Source: Candidatus Obscuribacterales bacterium (GTDB lineage Bacteria > Cyanobacteriota > Vampirovibrionia > Obscuribacterales > Obscuribacteraceae). Taken from it: a stretch of DNA of 64,000 nucleotides. The stretch covers positions 1,056,001 through 1,120,000 of the forward strand of contig CBDDIJ010000005.1 in the NCBI GenBank assembly GCA_965228855.1. The letters run 5' to 3'. The notes beneath the pieces are model-generated. The model saw only the letters and a program-made list of their open reading frames with translations, was not told the origin of the DNA and made no database searches. This document shows, one piece after another, positions 60,503-64,000 of the stretch (position 1 is the stretch's first letter; every line of letters starts with the position of its first letter). Position numbers and translations under genes: made by a program.

Positions 60503-60973
60503 CTAGCCGTCTCGCGTTTCCGGGGAGGGCGGCCAGGTTCCATCGTTGGATTGCACAACAAGATTGCTAAGCAACTTGTGCGTAGCTTGTTGTTTTGGCC
60601 AAAGTTCATCCCTTACCAACTTCCTGTTATCGCCATGGATGTTCATGATTTTCCATTCGTACTCATTCGAACCCAGGTCTTCGCCTTCTTCGAGCGCGGC
60701 GACGATTGCGGAGTCTCCCATTGCAGCCGCAGTAGATGTTACTATTTTAGCAAAGCTCCCCCAGGCTCCAGGATCTTCGATGGGAGCGCCGCCCGATCTG
60801 GTAATCGCATCTCGCAAGCGCTCCACCCTTTCTGCGTGAGAATCTTTAGCCTGTGTCAACAGCTCGGCAACTTTGGGTCGTTGAACTCGCTCCAAAGCTT
60901 TGTCATACGACTCCACGGCCGACAACTCTCCCATCAGCAAAGTGTTCATACTTTCTATTTCGTCTGCATTCAT
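60503..60973 (-). CDS. Ferritin-like DUF2383/PA2169 family protein
   Basis: MNTLLMGELSAVESYDKAL..SHAERVERL..GG.P....GAWG..ALEEGED; GGAG RBS. Confidence 0.85.
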   Translation of the reverse strand: MNADEIESMNTLLMGELSAVESYDKALERVQRPKVAELLTQAKDSHAERVERLRDAITRSGGAPIEDPGAWGSFAKIVTSTAAAMGDSAIVAALEEGEDLGSNEYEWKIMNIHGDNRKLVRDELWPKQQATHKLLSNLVVQSNDGTWPPSPETRDG

Positions 60974-61061
60974 TCTCCTACCTCCACTCAGAATGTGGGT
61001 TGCGTCTCTTAACCGACACCAGGCGCTATGACCTGTCAGGTCAGGGACAGCTGCCGTTCTC

Positions 61062-61496
61062 TTAGCTAAGAACCAAGCTATCTAGATGTTTGTTCATTCT
61101 GTTCAGCTCTTCGTCGGTAGCGACGGAGCGGACGGCAGCGTACAACTCATCCCTTGAAAACGAGATCAAATTGTCAATCATTTTAGAGAGCTTAATCAGC
61201 AGCTGTTCAAAACCGGGCTCATCGACATGAATCATGATGAGACTGTTTATTGTTTCGTCGATGTTTGATGTTTGCTCGTCCCATTTTGAGAGAACATCCG
61301 ATATCGATTCGTGATCTCTAACATTCGAAAGCAACAACTCGTTCTTTTTCTTAATGTGTGCATGAACGGAATCAATTACGTTTTTGACGGATTCAAAAAC
61401 GCGGTCCTGAGTCCATTCCGGATAATTATTAGTGACGTCCCACATCAACTCTTTCAAGTGGTTCTCGTCAGTGTTCAGATAGGTGAAGATGTTCAT
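61062..61496 (-). CDS. Hemerythrin-like four-helix protein with degenerate metal ligands
   Basis: MNIFTYLNTD.., HAHIKKKNELL, FSRDELYA helical pattern; GAGGA RBS. Confidence 0.65.
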   Translation of the reverse strand: MNIFTYLNTDENHLKELMWDVTNNYPEWTQDRVFESVKNVIDSVHAHIKKKNELLLSNVRDHESISDVLSKWDEQTSNIDETINSLIMIHVDEPGFEQLLIKLSKMIDNLISFSRDELYAAVRSVATDEELNRMNKHLDSLVLS

Positions 61497-61684
61497 TTTT
61501 ATTCCTCAATGTCCTGCTCGCCAAAGTGCGAGGTGAGAGGCGCAAATATCGATTACCTGTCTTCTAGCACTTCTGCGCACATTTGATGTTTAAACGAGGA
61601 AGAGCGTACAGATTCAGATTGACAATCGACCGCCGGAGGAGACTCAGTCCTTTATATATGTCCGATGCCGCTTGCCATAGGTCG

Positions 61685-61710
61685 TTTCTAAACCGATATC
61701 GGTTCACGAG
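61685..61710. repeat. Isolated copy of the AACCGATATCGGTT palindrome
   Basis: TTTCTAAACCGATATCGGTTCACGAG in the divergent intergenic region. Confidence 0.85.
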
Positions 61711-61995
61711 CATCTGTGGAAGCTACTTCGGAAACACATTCCTTTGAGGGCAAGCGATTGTTGGCATGCATTAGCTGATTCTCACCGTGAGTGCCCTATA
61801 AATTTCGAGAAGCAGAGTTGCAAACAGATACCGCAAATGTCCACAAATTCGCATTTTTGACAAAATAGCAACACTTTGGCATTGACTGAGCGCCACTGAA
61901 TTTTGTGTGTGCTATGAAAGGTCGGGTGAAAAGGCACGAACTTCGTGAACGGCCCCGAGCCATCACTCTCAATACACAAACCGTCGGAGGTTATT

Positions 61996-62328
61996 ATGAA
62001 CAAGCGCATATTGGCAACAATCGCGATCCTGGGTCTCTCTGTTTCTCTCTGTACTGCCTGCACCAGCGCTGAAGACAAAAAGCTCTCGCAGCAACAAGAT
62101 GCAATTGAAAAGAACGCGGACGAGCAAAAACAAGCAATCGATCAAAATGCCGACGATCAGAAGAAGGCAATAGAAGCGAATGCTGATGCTAAAAAAGATA
62201 ATGTTGAAGAGAGCGCCGACCTCGCGAAAAAGACGGTGGAAGAAGGAGCTGACGTGAGCAAAGCATCAGTAGATGCTAATGCCGAGAAAGCAACCAATGA
62301 ATTGGAAGCCGAGAAGAAAACGAACTAG
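61996..62328 (+). CDS. LEA-like hydrophilic lipoprotein with 11-aa repeats
   Basis: GGAGG RBS, lipobox CTAC; QQDAIEKNADE/QKQAIDQNADD/QKKAIEANADA repeats. Confidence 0.85.
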   Translation: MNKRILATIAILGLSVSLCTACTSAEDKKLSQQQDAIEKNADEQKQAIDQNADDQKKAIEANADAKKDNVEESADLAKKTVEEGADVSKASVDANAEKATNELEAEKKTN

Positions 62329-62611
62329 ATTCGTCTAGCAAGCGAGTTATTCTCGGACCAGAGCAATCTAACCACTTCGGTGAGTAGAACATATATTGGA
62401 AAAATCCAGAGATTGATTGAGCGAAGACTCTCTCTCTGGATTTTCCTTATTTTCGATAAAGGGAATTCACGCGGCCATGGGCAAGCGCACAGACCGTGCG
62501 TTCTCTTGCTACATACGCAATAGCAGATGTCACTTCGGCTCCGCGCAAGAGCGATCATTACTGGTCGATAGCACTGCCAACCGTCACCACCGGGTCGAGG
62601 TATATAGACCG

Positions 62612-64000
62612 ATGGACTTTTCTCAAAGAGCACAACGTTTGCAGAAGTACAAAGCACTAGGTATGTTTCTTTGGAAATACGGACATGACGACCTTTTGCA
62701 GAAGGCGGGACTTGACGAATGGCTCGGAAGTCACGGGATCGCGGACATAGGTGGTGTTCAGTCTGCGTTTGTTCCAGGCAACGGAAACGGAAACAGCACT
62801 TATGGCAATGGTTCAGTTTGTGCCACTACTTACGGTGCAGTTGATGTGCCACACGCAGGAACAATCGCTACAAAAGTTCAGGCAGCGTCAGGCCCAAGCA
62901 TAGACTCTGACGATCACAGTTCGGACTTCTTAGGGGACCTCAGTGCACTGGGTCCTACGTACGTGCGCATAGCGCAACTGTTAGCGAAGCGACCGGATCT
63001 TTTACCGCAAAGTATCGCGGACCTGCTAACAGCCAGGCAGATTGCACAAGACCCCATGGGTTTAGTGGAACTTGATGCGACTATTAGAGCAGAGATCGGA
63101 TTACCACTGTCTGAAATCTACACGAAGTTTGATGTCGCACCACTTACGGTGTCCCCTTTCGAACAAAGTCATATTGCAACACTTAAGGACGGCCGGCGAG
63201 TCATAGTCAAGGTTCAAAGACCCAGTATTCAAGGCATAGTCTACGATGACCTCTCAACGTTAGAAGAGGTTGCTGACTTTTGCGATCAACATACAAAAAC
63301 CGGCAAGACTATTTCGTTCAAAACTATTGTTGAAGAATTGAAGAAAACCATTATTGCCGAACTTGACTATCGGCAGGAATCTTACAACCTTGAACACCTG
63401 CAGCATGCACTGAGGGAGCTCGACCACATTGTAGTGCCAGAACCGATCAAACGCTATTCTACGTCGCGCGTCCTCACGCTGAAATTCATTGACGGACGGA
63501 AGCTTCGCGACTCATCGCACTTGGGTCTTCTTGCAGCCGAAAAAGCAGCACTAGCCGGAGAAATATTCCACGCCTATCTCAAGCAAATTCTCCTCGACGG
63601 TTTCGTCCATGGAGACCCGAACCCGGACAACATACTGTTCACTAGCACCGGAAAGCTCGCACTGCTAGACCTTGGAGTAGTAACCAGGGTCTCAGCGTCA
63701 ATGCAGGAGAAGCTTCTTCAGATTTTAGTGGGAATTAACGAGGGACGCGGCGAGCACGTCGCCGATCTTCTCGCCAACCTTTGCTCGAAACGGGAGATTT
63801 TCGATGAGGATGCTTTTCGAAGAGCTATCGCGGACCTCATTTTGGTACATCGCGACGCACCGGCTGACCGACTGGAGATCGGACGCGTTTTTCTAGGCAT
63901 ATCACAGGCGGCCTTCCGAAATGGAATGGCTTTACCGTTTGAGTTTGGTACCCTGGGCACGACGTTAGTCAATCTTGACAGAGTCGCAGACCTCCTCGAC
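62612..64000 (+). CDS. UbiB/ABC1 (AarF) atypical kinase family protein, partial
   Basis: Not in the ORF track because it is truncated. Manual translation MDFSQRAQRLQKYKALGMFLWKYG..LGPTYVRIAQLLAKRPDLLP..VIVKVQRP..ELDYRQE..FVHGDPNPDNIL..LLDLG. Confidence 0.9.
   Translation, partial: MDFSQRAQRLQKYKALGMFLWKYGHDDLLQKAGLDEWLGSHGIADIGGVQSAFVPGNGNGNSTYGNGSVCATTYGAVDVPHAGTIATKVQAASGPSIDSDDHSSDFLGDLSALGPTYVRIAQLLAKRPDLLPQSIADLLTARQIAQDPMGLVELDATIRAEIGLPLSEIYTKFDVAPLTVSPFEQSHIATLKDGRRVIVKVQRPSIQGIVYDDLSTLEEVADFCDQHTKTGKTISFKTIVEELKKTIIAELDYRQESYNLEHLQHALRELDHIVVPEPIKRYSTSRVLTLKFIDGRKLRDSSHLGLLAAEKAALAGEIFHAYLKQILLDGFVHGDPNPDNILFTSTGKLALLDLGVVTRVSASMQEKLLQILVGINEGRGEHVADLLANLCSKREIFDEDAFRRAIADLILVHRDAPADRLEIGRVFLGISQAAFRNGMALPFEFGTLGTTLVNLDRVADLLD

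Overview
Chromosomal window of a roughly 50% GC bacterium. The rRNA and tRNA style is cyanobacteria-like, and the window is dense in Hanks-type kinases, TPR/LRR proteins and orphan secreted proteins, with no photosynthesis genes. This suggests a non-photosynthetic Cyanobacteriota relative (Melainabacteria/Obscuribacterales-like; inference only). Contents: a tRNA-Ile, tRNA-Ala, 23S, 5S cluster with no 16S gene upstream; five Ser/Thr kinase or pseudokinase genes; a GGDEF-EAL protein; a subtilase; an SDR; a Pro-rich papain-like protein with a partner gene; a PI3/4-kinase-like effector candidate; an aldo/keto reductase operon containing a TlpA-like lipoprotein interrupted by an in-frame UGA at the first Cys of its CxxC motif (likely selenoprotein with a SECIS-like hairpin); an MshEN, pseudokinase, dual-kinase, TadG-like cluster; a KaiC-like ATPase with a response regulator and nearby hybrid histidine kinase; class I fumarase; an ArsR/DUF2087 regulator with four tandem operators; an acyl-CoA ligase preceded by a palindrome array; and a stress-type cluster ending in a degenerate UbiB/ABC1 kinase. 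No transposase, integrase, cas gene or convincing CRISPR array was seen. Product calls come from motif recognition by eye, without database searches.
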